Shown piece after piece: positions 27,753-37,196 of a DNA stretch of 64,000 nt. Position 1 is the first letter of the stretch, and each line of letters opens with the position of its first letter. Origin of the DNA: Flavobacteriales bacterium (GTDB lineage Bacteria; Bacteroidota; Bacteroidia; Flavobacteriales_F; PHOS-HE28); the NCBI GenBank assembly GCA_016699575.1, contig CP064979.1, forward strand, positions 1,933,796 through 1,997,795, in the 5' to 3' direction. Below the pieces are notes generated by a model. The model saw only the letters and a program-made list of their open reading frames with translations. It did not search any database and was not told the origin of the DNA. A program made the position numbers and the translations under genes.

Positions 27753-28472
27753 ATGCCGATCACCAAGCTCAGCATCCTCATCCCCGCCTACAACGAGGAG
27801 CGCACCATCCATCTGATCCTCGACAAGGTCCGTGACGTGCAGCTGATGAACGGGATCGCCAAGGAGGTGGTGATCGTGAACGATGGCAGCATGGACGGCA
27901 CGGTGGCGGCCGTGAAGCGTTACATGGCCACGAACCCCGGCCTCGACATCCGCTTGTTCGAGCAACCGAGGAACATGGGCAAGGGTGCTGCGATCCACAA
28001 GTGCATTGAGCTGGCGACCGGGGAGTACATGATCGTGCAGGATGCCGACCTGGAGTATGACCCCCGCGAATACAACGACCTGTTGCGTCCGGTCGTGGAA
28101 GGCTTTGCCGATGTGGTGTTCGGTTCGCGTTTCATGGGCCACCACCCGCACCGCATCCTGTTCTTCTGGCACAGCATCGGCAACAAGTTCCTCACCTCGT
28201 TGAGCAACGCGTTCAACAACCTCAACCTCACCGACATGGAGACGTGCTACAAGCTCATGCGCAGCGACGTTGCGAAGGGATTGAAGCTGCGGGAGAGGCG
28301 GTTCGGCTTCGAGCCCGAAGTGACGGCCAAACTGGCTCGCGTACAAGGGATCAGGTTGTACGAGGTGGGCATCAGCTATTACGGGCGCACCTATGCTGAA
28401 GGAAAGAAGATCGGTTGGAAGGACGGTTTCCGGGCCATCTGGTGCATTGTGCGCTATGGTCTGGCGGATTGA
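27753..28472 (+). CDS. GT2 glycosyltransferase, Dpm1/GtrB/ArnC-like (putative polyprenyl-phosphate sugar synthase)
   Basis: LSILIPAYNEE...VIVNDGSMDGT...NMGKGAA...IVQDADLEYDP are GT-A fold DxD blocks. 239 aa with no TM tail. Confidence 0.8.
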   Translation: MPITKLSILIPAYNEERTIHLILDKVRDVQLMNGIAKEVVIVNDGSMDGTVAAVKRYMATNPGLDIRLFEQPRNMGKGAAIHKCIELATGEYMIVQDADLEYDPREYNDLLRPVVEGFADVVFGSRFMGHHPHRILFFWHSIGNKFLTSLSNAFNNLNLTDMETCYKLMRSDVAKGLKLRERRFGFEPEVTAKLARVQGIRLYEVGISYYGRTYAEGKKIGWKDGFRAIWCIVRYGLAD

Positions 28473-28490
28473 GGCAAAGTCACACGGATT

Positions 28491-30377
28491 ATGTTCGTCG
28501 GCATGTCACGCCCGCGCAACGAGGGACCGGTCACGCTCGCGTTCGCGCTGGCGGGGGCGGCCTTCCTGGTCCGTTTGCTCAGCGAAGGAGTTCCGGATAG
28601 TGGTGACGGTGTTGCCCATTACCAGATCGCGCGGTACGCGTGGAAGCACCCGTTGATGCTGTTCGACGCATGGGGCAAGCCGCTGTACACGCTGCTGGCT
28701 TCTCCCTTCGCCCAATGGGGTCTTTGGGGACCGGCGCTGATGAACGCCTTGTTGGCCGCGGCCACTGGTGTGCTCATCATCGGACAGGTCGCACGCGTGC
28801 AACGGGCTTGGTGCTGGGCTGTTCCGGTGATGCTTTTCGCAGCGCCCCAATATGCGCACACGGTGATGGCCGGACTTACCGAGCCGCTCTTTGCTTTCCT
28901 GGTGGTGTGGGCCGTAGTGTGCGCGTTGCGCGATCGCTGGGCCTGGGCGTTGGGTATTGTGTCGTTCGTGCCCTTCGCCCGGCCGGAACACATAGCAGTG
29001 CTTCCCATGATCCTGCTGGTGGCAGCATGGCAACGTGAATGGCGCGCATTGCCATGGGTCTTGTTGGGAACAGTGTTCCACGGTGTGTTCGGCTTCGTAA
29101 TGACAGGTGACCCCTTCGTGGCGTTCGGCGGGAACCCTTACGCGGGCGTCACTACGTACGGCACCGGACCGGCCACGCACTTCATTGGGCGGATGCCGCA
29201 CTACTATGGATGGCCGATCATTGTTTGCGCCTCGTTCGCGTTGGTCGCATGGCCCTATGTGTGGCGAAGGGATGGCGCGCAACGTGAGCAGCACCTGATG
29301 GTCTTGTTGCTCGCGTTCGTTCCGGCGGTGCTCATACTTGGCCTGCACAGCTACGCTTGGTGGAAGGGCGGCCACGGCTCCCTGGGCCTCGACCGGGTAA
29401 TGGCCACATGCCTGCCGCTGCTCGTGTTGTTCACTGTGCATGTGCTCGCCTTGCTTTGGAAGCGTTTCCCGATGAATGCTGCCATGCGACCGGTCTTCAC
29501 TCTGCTCGTTGGTGCATTCGCCTTGTTCGCCTATCCGCATGTGGTGGACGAACTTCTGCTTCCCTACAAGCCGGACATGGTGCAGACAACCTTGCGAAAG
29601 GCTGCGGAGAAGGTGAAGGAGATCAAGGAGGAGGGAGAGCGGGTGTATTGCATGACCCCGTTAGTAGGCGCATTGCTCGATCTGGATCCCAGGGATGAGC
29701 GCGAGGCGCAACTGCTCTATGAGCCGGCCTCGATCGCGGCGGGGTCGGGCATTCGACCAGGAGACATCGTTGTCTGGGACGCCCATCACGCGCGCATGGA
29801 TGCGCGAATACCGCTTGATACGCTGATGCAAAGTGATCGCTTCAGTTTATTGACCGTGGTGAAACCCGAGGTACCGACCCTGGTTCTCGGCGAGGTGCCG
29901 TTCGAAGTGTACCTCTTTCAACGACGCTCCGTTCAGCGCGCCGCCATTGTGGACACCTTGTTCGGTCTATCCGTTGAACCCGCAGCGCAAGCGCCTGCAC
30001 AAGTGGATACGGTAGGTGGAGCGACCAAGGGCACGTGGGTGCTCAGTGCACTGGAATTCCCGCTCACCTGGGAGGGACTGCCGCTGGGCAACGGTACCAA
30101 CGCGGTCATGGAAAAGCTCGTGGTGACCGGAAACGTGGATGGCCGCTACGGAAAGGATTCGCTGGACCTGGTGTTCACCGAAGAGGAAACGGGCGAACAG
30201 GTCCGTTACGCAAGCGCGCCGCTGCGCGGAGGAGAATTCAAGGTGGAGTGGGACATCGGTGATGGAGCGCGGAAGCGGGCGAACAAGTTGTACGTGTGGA
30301 ACAGGAGCGGGCGGGAAGTACGGATCACAAGCTGGACCGTGACCCGGAGCCAGTGGATGCAACACGAGGTTCCATGA
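28491..30377 (+). CDS. Large polytopic membrane protein (possible GT-C) with C-terminal soluble beta-rich domain
   Basis: 628 aa. The acidic loop DSGDGVAHYQIARYAW follows TM1. About 10 hydrophobic segments are followed by a ~270-aa hydrophilic C-terminal region. Confidence 0.45.
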   Translation: MFVGMSRPRNEGPVTLAFALAGAAFLVRLLSEGVPDSGDGVAHYQIARYAWKHPLMLFDAWGKPLYTLLASPFAQWGLWGPALMNALLAAATGVLIIGQVARVQRAWCWAVPVMLFAAPQYAHTVMAGLTEPLFAFLVVWAVVCALRDRWAWALGIVSFVPFARPEHIAVLPMILLVAAWQREWRALPWVLLGTVFHGVFGFVMTGDPFVAFGGNPYAGVTTYGTGPATHFIGRMPHYYGWPIIVCASFALVAWPYVWRRDGAQREQHLMVLLLAFVPAVLILGLHSYAWWKGGHGSLGLDRVMATCLPLLVLFTVHVLALLWKRFPMNAAMRPVFTLLVGAFALFAYPHVVDELLLPYKPDMVQTTLRKAAEKVKEIKEEGERVYCMTPLVGALLDLDPRDEREAQLLYEPASIAAGSGIRPGDIVVWDAHHARMDARIPLDTLMQSDRFSLLTVVKPEVPTLVLGEVPFEVYLFQRRSVQRAAIVDTLFGLSVEPAAQAPAQVDTVGGATKGTWVLSALEFPLTWEGLPLGNGTNAVMEKLVVTGNVDGRYGKDSLDLVFTEEETGEQVRYASAPLRGGEFKVEWDIGDGARKRANKLYVWNRSGREVRITSWTVTRSQWMQHEVP

Positions 30378-31840
30378 GCAGGCCCTCGGGTTTCCTGTTG
30401 GCCGCATTGGTTTTCGTGGTCCTGTTCGGGGGGTGTGGTGGTACGGAACCCTCACACTCGTTCGTGGGCTTGGACAAGAACGGGTTCGTTGCCGGTGGAG
30501 AGAGGTTTTTCCCGAAGGCAGTGAACTACATCGCTTGCTTGCGCACGGACGGCAAGGAGGTGTGGATGGCTCCGAGCACGAGCTATGCTTCACATGTACC
30601 CGGTCGCATGGACCTTGCGGCTGATAGTCTCCAACTGCGCGCTGATCTGCAGTTGATCAGGGATATGGGCTTCAACACGGTGCGTGTGGTGGGCTTCGCG
30701 GAGCAGGCCTTCGACAGTGCCGCGATCATGCTTCGTGCACGCGACCGGTCGGACTCCTTGGTGTGGTTGTCCATTGAAGATGAGCAAGGAAGAGAGAAGT
30801 ACTTGGGCGCGCTCACGACATTGATCGGCGCCGTTCGTGCTGCTGGGCTCAGGTGCATTCTGCTCACGCAGGTGCGGCCCTATACCCCGGCCACCGAGCA
30901 CCACTTTGCTCTTGTCGCCGACCACTTCGTCAACGACACCGTCATCCTGGCTTACGACCTCTTCAATGAGCCGCTGTACTTCGATCGTCCTGAGCGGCCC
31001 AAGGAGGAGGCTTGGGCGATCCTGCAACGATGGCGGGCGCTGTTCGATGAGCACGCGCCGAACCACTTGTACACGCTGGGGCTCACTGGTATCCGCGAGA
31101 CGTTCGAGTTCGATCCGAACATGCTCACGGTCGATTTCATCAGCTACCACCCGTACGAGTACGAGCCCGATCAGGTGCGAAATGAACTCCGTTGGTACGC
31201 CAACAATGTGGATGTGCCTTGGATCATAGGTGAGACCGCCATTCCCGCGGACAACGATTCCGTGCCGTACGCCGACCAGGAGGAATTCGCGCGCAAGACA
31301 CTGTTGCAGAGCCGCGCTTGCGGTGCCATCGGATACAGTTGGTGGCAATTCCAGGACGTGAAATGGGGGCGGTTCCATGCCGACTACATGGGCGTGCTGA
31401 ACCGCGAAGGGGTTTCAGTGACTTCCGTCGGTGATACTGTGTTCGGAACCAGGAAGCCGGTGGCGGGCGCGCTCAAAGGGTTCGATCCCTGGACCGGTGC
31501 TGGCGAGTGCCTGTGCTTGCCGAACTACCTCAACTATTCCGATGGCCGTGTAAGCAAAGTCTCGGGCCGCTTGGTGGATGAGCACGGTGTACCGATCAAC
31601 GAAGGGACCGTCATTGCCTGGAACGAGGTCTGGAACGAGAGCTACCACACCACCTCTGGGTCGGATGGCCGTTTCGAACTGCGCGCGCCGATCTGGCTGC
31701 ACCACTGGATGGCCAGCGCATCACGCTACAGCATGGACCGCGGCGATTGCGACCCGAACGCCATGGTGCGCAGCGCGGATGGTGTGCCGGGCTACGAGCT
31801 TGGCGACATCCGGCTGGATCGTCTGGACTTCGTACCGTGA
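30374..31840 (+). CDS. GH5-like (clan GH-A) glycoside hydrolase lipoprotein with CarboxypepD_reg-like C-terminal domain
   Basis: ATG 30374 overlaps the upstream TGA as ATGA. The lipobox is VLFGGCGG. Catalytic-type blocks are DLFNEP (acid/base), ISYHPYEY and WIIGET (nucleophile). The C-terminus has VSGRLVDEHGVPINEGTVIAWN...GSDGRFEL. Confidence 0.6.
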   Translation: MSRPSGFLLAALVFVVLFGGCGGTEPSHSFVGLDKNGFVAGGERFFPKAVNYIACLRTDGKEVWMAPSTSYASHVPGRMDLAADSLQLRADLQLIRDMGFNTVRVVGFAEQAFDSAAIMLRARDRSDSLVWLSIEDEQGREKYLGALTTLIGAVRAAGLRCILLTQVRPYTPATEHHFALVADHFVNDTVILAYDLFNEPLYFDRPERPKEEAWAILQRWRALFDEHAPNHLYTLGLTGIRETFEFDPNMLTVDFISYHPYEYEPDQVRNELRWYANNVDVPWIIGETAIPADNDSVPYADQEEFARKTLLQSRACGAIGYSWWQFQDVKWGRFHADYMGVLNREGVSVTSVGDTVFGTRKPVAGALKGFDPWTGAGECLCLPNYLNYSDGRVSKVSGRLVDEHGVPINEGTVIAWNEVWNESYHTTSGSDGRFELRAPIWLHHWMASASRYSMDRGDCDPNAMVRSADGVPGYELGDIRLDRLDFVP

Positions 31841-33856
31841 TCAACGCGTTCGGAAGAGCGCCAGCCCCTCCGGCTTTGCGGCGCGAGCGTAGAGGCGCAG
31901 GTCTGCTGTGTCCAGCTCCAGGTAAAGCCCGTTGTCGGCGCGAAGGGCCATCGATCCATCGCCGAGATCGTTCCAAAGGAACATGCCCATATCACCCAGG
32001 CGGGCACTCGTTGCCACGAGACCACTGTCCTTGTGCAGCTGAACGCTCATGAAGGCATCGTTGTGCGCCACCAAGGCCACACGACCGTTGGCCAAGCGAA
32101 GCCTCACCAGCGTTTCCCATTGCATCGCCGTGTCGCGGCTGGCGAGCACGCGGGGATCTTGCTGAAGATCCACACAGACCCAATGACCGTTGGCGGCGCG
32201 CAATTGCAACGTGTCGGTGAGGAGGACGCGTTGATGAGCATTGTTGACGATGGTGATCTCGTCGGTCGTGGTTTGGTTGAAGGCACACCACTCCGCCAGG
32301 CTTCGCGGTGTTTGTAGGTCCCAGAACCGCATATGGTTGCCCGGATAATGGCCTGTGTAGGCGTTCACCACGGGAATGCCCAGTTCCTGGCCCGCCAACA
32401 TGGCCGTGAGGTGGATGGCGATGCTCCGCTCGTGGTCCTCCCGGAAGGGTTGCATTCCTCTTACGGGGGTATAGGCGATAGCGGAAGTGGGGCTGTCGGC
32501 CATCAAATGCATGTCCAGGGCCGCGCGTTCCACCATCTCCCGTGCGGCGTGTTTGTTGTACTGCTTCAGCTCAGCGACGTTCACCTTGTTGTCAAGCACC
32601 GTCGAAACGCACAAGAGAACACCTAGCACCGCACCGGTCAAAGGCTTCACCTTCACGTGTGCGGCCACGACCGCCACAAGAGCAGCGAAGTACACGGCCA
32701 GCACGGGCACGAACCGATCGATGGCGCGCAAGGCGCTGAAGCCCGGCAGCCCGGCGATCAGTTTGTAAAGCGAGAGATCGCCCATGCGCAGACAGAAGAG
32801 CAGGGACAACCCAAGCGCGACGATGAGCGCAGCAACCGGCTTCCGGTCGTTGCCGCGCAATGCCAGGACCACAGCCGCGATGACCGCAGCCCAAGCCACA
32901 GCACCCATGAAATGAAAATGGCTCCACCAGTCGGGGAATGCATCCTTGGAGTGGGAGGAGAGGCTCTGCCAATTCACGGCAGCTGGATGCGTGAAGAACC
33001 AGCTCGAGGGTCGCGGGATGGTGTTGGCGATGTGCTCGTAACCACGCACACCGGTGACCTTGCTGATCGCCAGGTACGGCGTCATCAGCGGCAGCATCGC
33101 CAGCCCTCCAGCAACAAGAACAAGGAGCGACCGCCACACGGTGCGCGGGGACCACGACCATAGTGCGCTTAGTCCGCGCCAATGCACAAGCTGATGACCG
33201 ATGACCAAGAAGAACATCACATAGCACAGTATGAACCCGAGATAGATGCCACAATAGAACTGGAACACTATGGCGCCTGTGGTAAGCGCCAAGTGCACGG
33301 GCTTGCCGGTCCGCAACCATTGCCAACACCACCAGAACGCCAGTGGCACCATGAACCGGGGGAACATCTGCGCGTGGTCCATGTGCCCGATGAAATGGAT
33401 GCCGAACGCGAACACGTACGCGCCGCATGCTGCCGGAACGACGCGTTTCGTCCATGCCCACAGCGCTGCGAAGCAGCAGAGGAAGTTCAATGCGAACATG
33501 GCAAGTATCCAGAGCTGGTAAGACGACTCCCGATTGAAGCCCAGGCCCCGGAACAGCGAATACACCGGCGCGCTTCCCAGCAGATTGTCGCTGAAAGCGA
33601 TGACGTTCTTGTACGGATACATGAAGGGCGCGTCCCAATACGATGGCGTGCGACCCGTCACGTACTGGTGGAAGTGCTCGAGAATGTAGTTGTTGAAGCG
33701 GGAGTCGCCCAGATCACCGGGCAGCAGTTCGCGCCCCGGCCCCATCACCGCCAGCGGAAACGAGTACATGCCCACACCGAACAGGACCATGGCCAAGGCC
33801 AAGCCCGGCAAATGGGGCAGGGCTCCTCTGGTCCACTTCATCACGCAGGTGCGCAT
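31841..33856 (-). CDS. Large polytopic membrane protein with C-terminal three-fold repeat (beta-trefoil/fascin-like) domain
   Basis: 671 aa. The loop GDLGDSRFNNYILEH follows TM1, with many TM segments. The last ~130 aa show three repeats of the type L-R-A-x-N-G-x-aromatic/aliphatic (ANGHWVCVD, ANGRVALVA, ADNGLYLEL). Confidence 0.45.
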   Translation of the reverse strand: MRTCVMKWTRGALPHLPGLALAMVLFGVGMYSFPLAVMGPGRELLPGDLGDSRFNNYILEHFHQYVTGRTPSYWDAPFMYPYKNVIAFSDNLLGSAPVYSLFRGLGFNRESSYQLWILAMFALNFLCCFAALWAWTKRVVPAACGAYVFAFGIHFIGHMDHAQMFPRFMVPLAFWWCWQWLRTGKPVHLALTTGAIVFQFYCGIYLGFILCYVMFFLVIGHQLVHWRGLSALWSWSPRTVWRSLLVLVAGGLAMLPLMTPYLAISKVTGVRGYEHIANTIPRPSSWFFTHPAAVNWQSLSSHSKDAFPDWWSHFHFMGAVAWAAVIAAVVLALRGNDRKPVAALIVALGLSLLFCLRMGDLSLYKLIAGLPGFSALRAIDRFVPVLAVYFAALVAVVAAHVKVKPLTGAVLGVLLCVSTVLDNKVNVAELKQYNKHAAREMVERAALDMHLMADSPTSAIAYTPVRGMQPFREDHERSIAIHLTAMLAGQELGIPVVNAYTGHYPGNHMRFWDLQTPRSLAEWCAFNQTTTDEITIVNNAHQRVLLTDTLQLRAANGHWVCVDLQQDPRVLASRDTAMQWETLVRLRLANGRVALVAHNDAFMSVQLHKDSGLVATSARLGDMGMFLWNDLGDGSMALRADNGLYLELDTADLRLYARAAKPEGLALFRTR

Positions 33857-33913
33857 TTTTCAATCCATTGAACAGCAAGCAAGATTAAGTGCGGACCGCT
33901 CTATCATTGTTCG

Positions 33914-35704
33914 ATGCGCACCATCAACTTCCGCGAGCCGCTTTTCGTAGCGGGTTGTGCGCTTCTGGGCTTTCTGGTCCTCATGGCGTGCGTGTTCTAT
34001 GTGGAGCGCACCACAGGCTTCGACAGCGCATGGCAGAGTTTCCAGATGCTCTTGGAGCGCTTCCCACGTTGCGAGCACAGGCGTTATTCCACCATGATCA
34101 CCCAACTGGTCCCGACGCTGGTGCTGTGGTGCAAAGGCTCATTGCAAAGTGTCCTGTTCGCGTACTCCGCATCGCTCATCGCCGTGCACTTGTTGGTCTT
34201 CGCGGTCATCGCGATCAGGCTTCGTGACGGGTCTGCCGCGCTGGCGGTACCGCTTGCGCTGGTGGTGATGGTGGGGGGCTCTTTCTACTTCGGCGTAAGT
34301 GAGGTGCAGCAAGGCATCACTGCACCGTTGCTTGCGTGGGCATTGGGCAGAAAGGCACTGGCCGCGCCGAGAGCGGATCTTGTTCGGGCCTGGGGATCGG
34401 GTGCTGTGGTGGCAGCTGTATGGGCAACGCTCTACCATGTCGTTTACGCGTTGCCTGTGGTCTATGTCCTGGGCTTGGAGATCATCGGGCGCAAGGGTTG
34501 GCTTCGGTTACGGTACTGGCTTTTGCCCCTGTCCATGGTCTGCGCCATTGCATTGTGCCGACTGTTCGTGGGCATGTCCGATTATGAACGCGAGCGCATG
34601 GTGGACCCCGGGGAGTTCACCCAGTTCGCATCCGACTTGTCCGTGCTTCCGAGTGCGCAATACCTGCTCGACGCGTTGCCGCGCTTCCCGGCGATGTTGG
34701 GCCTGATGGGCGTATGCGCCATTGTTGCACTGCTCAGGTTGCGCTGGCTATCACTGTTATGGACGGGGGGGTGGACAACGTTGACGGTACTGTTGATCCT
34801 CATCACCGACCGCGCGACCTACTCGCCCTACATGTACGAGAACCTCTACCCGCTGTTGGGCATCGCGTGGGCGGCTTTTGCGGCTGATCTCACTGTAGGA
34901 CTTGTGCGTGGGCGTGCCGTGATGACCGCCGCGTTGGTTGTCGTCATGGTCCTTGGTGCTTGGCAGGTTTGGCGAGGAAGGGTCACCTATGTGGACAAAG
35001 TGCAGTACGCCGAGCGGATCACCACTGACCTTCGGGGCCAAGGAGTGCGAAAGGCGATCGTGTCCGCGCACCTCATTCCATGGGGATATGCCCAGACCCA
35101 TTGGACATTGCCGTTCGAGACACTGCTGGTCTCATCGATGATGGCTCCTGACAGCGCAGTAACCGTTTTCGCCGAAGAGCCGATGGACAAGGCCAAACCG
35201 TGCATGGATGACGAGACCCGGTTGCTGGGCCCCGCGTGGAACATCTGCGCGTTCGGGCTCGCCCAGCTCGACACGGCGCTTTTTCAATTGCCCGGCGGTC
35301 CGTATCGCATTGTGAGCCAGTTGCCGGACAGCGCTTTCCGGCCGCAGGGAACCGTTCGTGTTGCTCCATTGACCGCGGAGTTCACCATGCGCTCGGGTGA
35401 CTACGACCTGTTGCCGGTGGAAGTATGCTGGGAAGGTGAGGTGCCCTTGTACGCTTTGGGCACCAAGGCCTTGACCACGATCCATTACGAGATGCGCAAC
35501 CGGTGGAGCGGATGGGTTGAAGCCACCGGCTGGACGTCGTTGGAAATGGACCTGGCCCCAGGCGCCTGCTGTGCACTCCCGCTCAAGGTGGACCGTCCGG
35601 CACGTGCGGGTGAGCATCATTTGTACCTGCAGCTCAAGGTGAACGAGGAAACACTTGCCACGGCCGGTCCGGTGACCATCCGCGTCCACTCGTTCGGCAT
35701 TTGA
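33914..35704 (+). CDS. Polytopic membrane protein of unknown family with C-terminal soluble domain
   Basis: 596 aa. It is divergently transcribed from 31841-33856 with a 57-bp spacer. About 10 hydrophobic segments are followed by a ~230-aa hydrophilic region. Confidence 0.45.
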   Translation: MRTINFREPLFVAGCALLGFLVLMACVFYVERTTGFDSAWQSFQMLLERFPRCEHRRYSTMITQLVPTLVLWCKGSLQSVLFAYSASLIAVHLLVFAVIAIRLRDGSAALAVPLALVVMVGGSFYFGVSEVQQGITAPLLAWALGRKALAAPRADLVRAWGSGAVVAAVWATLYHVVYALPVVYVLGLEIIGRKGWLRLRYWLLPLSMVCAIALCRLFVGMSDYERERMVDPGEFTQFASDLSVLPSAQYLLDALPRFPAMLGLMGVCAIVALLRLRWLSLLWTGGWTTLTVLLILITDRATYSPYMYENLYPLLGIAWAAFAADLTVGLVRGRAVMTAALVVVMVLGAWQVWRGRVTYVDKVQYAERITTDLRGQGVRKAIVSAHLIPWGYAQTHWTLPFETLLVSSMMAPDSAVTVFAEEPMDKAKPCMDDETRLLGPAWNICAFGLAQLDTALFQLPGGPYRIVSQLPDSAFRPQGTVRVAPLTAEFTMRSGDYDLLPVEVCWEGEVPLYALGTKALTTIHYEMRNRWSGWVEATGWTSLEMDLAPGACCALPLKVDRPARAGEHHLYLQLKVNEETLATAGPVTIRVHSFGI

Positions 35705-35736
35705 GGACTGGTCCGGCGGTGGCCAGCGCTTCTCGC

Positions 35737-37196
35737 TTAGAGCGACGGTATCGCAGAGGGACTCGCGCGCTTGAGCAGCACCACATCACTTATGTCGAAG
35801 ATGGCCAGTACCACGAACCCCTCATCATAGCCCGGCTTTTCGACCCAGCGCACGACCATGCGATACTCATCGTCCGGTGCGAAGCCATCACGGTCAGCCC
35901 GCTCAAGCCAGCCCAGCCCCCGGGAGCGCGCGTAATAGTTCATGGTGGGCTCCAGCAGCCATGTATTGCCGATACGCACGGTGCGACCTTCGTTACCGCC
36001 CGCTCGATGGTCCGCAGGTCGTAGGCCCATTCCACGCTATGGTCGGGGCCAAAGTGGTCCGGGAAGCGCAGTGCGCACCAGGCCGCGCAGGAAGCAAGAA
36101 CACAAAGAGCAAACCACTTGCCCGGGGAGCCCCTGAGCAATGACAGTTGCAATGGCAACAACAACACCAACGACGGCTCCAGGAACATGGCGAAACGACC
36201 CGCCATGCGGTCCACACCGAGGAGCAAGTGCTGCAGTTCGGCCCCGATGCACGTTGCGATAAGGGTGGTACCGAGAACGAGCAGTGCACTGTGCTTCCGC
36301 AGGAAGGCCGTGTTCCGCAGGATGGCGTGCCGAACCAGGACGAAAGCCGGGATGAGCACCACCGCCGAGATGAGCACCTGCATCGCCAGCATCAGTCCTG
36401 TCCCCACCCCGATCCCGGGCAAGAAGCTCCGCGCCCATGTGCCAACCGTATCGGCAAAGAGCCCGCCCTTGCCACCGAAATCGAAGGCATTGTTCTCCAT
36501 TACCTGGAGCACCGGCTTGCGCAGGACAAGGAAGGCTGCGACAAGCATGGCAAAGCCTTGCACGTACGCACGACGGCTTCGCCGCCCGCCTTCACCAAGG
36601 CCCATGAAAAGAGGCGCTACGTAATACAAACAGAGCCCGGCCACGTATGCCGTGAGCAACGTGAAATTGCTCAATGCCGCAAGCACGGATGCAATATGGA
36701 ACAACCCAAGATGTTTCATCCCCGGCCCCGTGATCGCACGCGCCAAATGGTATTGTGCCATGAGGAAGAAGCCGAACGAGAGCCCGTAACCACGCGCCAG
36801 CGTGAACAGCTCGATCAGGTAGGGGTTCGCACAGAGCAAAAGCAACCCGCCAATGGCCAGCGGCGGCCAAAGCGGTCTCAGGATCCGGATCGCGTACACC
36901 AGCCAGAGCGCAAGCGCGGCCAGGTTGGGAAGCCGCAACGAAAGTTCCGAGTCACCGAACCACTGCCAGGCGTATTTCATGCCCAGTGTGTTGAGCAGAT
37001 GGTTGTTGGTGTAGGCGTGCTTGTGCAGTACGATGTCGGAGAAGGAGGCTTCCGGGTAATGCAGGTACGTAAAGCTCTCGTCATGGCTGAACGAGGTCAC
37101 GGCAGCACGGTGGACCGCCAAGCCAAGAACCGCCAGGCTTATCGCGATGAGCGCGATGGTCAGCCATAGAGGCGCACGTGACGTTGCTTCGTTCAA
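35737..37196 (-). pseudogene. GT-C-like paralog 3, interrupted by a single-nucleotide frameshift near 35995-36005
   Basis: Frame A (35940-37196, TTG start overlapping the exonuclease stop as TTGA) carries TSFSHDESFTY, NHLLN, LSLRLPNL and PYLIELFTLARGYGLSFGFFL. It ends in ...TIERAVTKVAPCVSAIHGCWSPP*. Frame B (35737-36030) continues GGNEGRTVRIGNTWLLEPTMNYYARSRG...DDEYRMVV..., which aligns with the C-terminal domain of paralog 2 (RRATLSSGPIAWGSLGYYFHRLH...GDYYIVEP). Confidence 0.6.
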
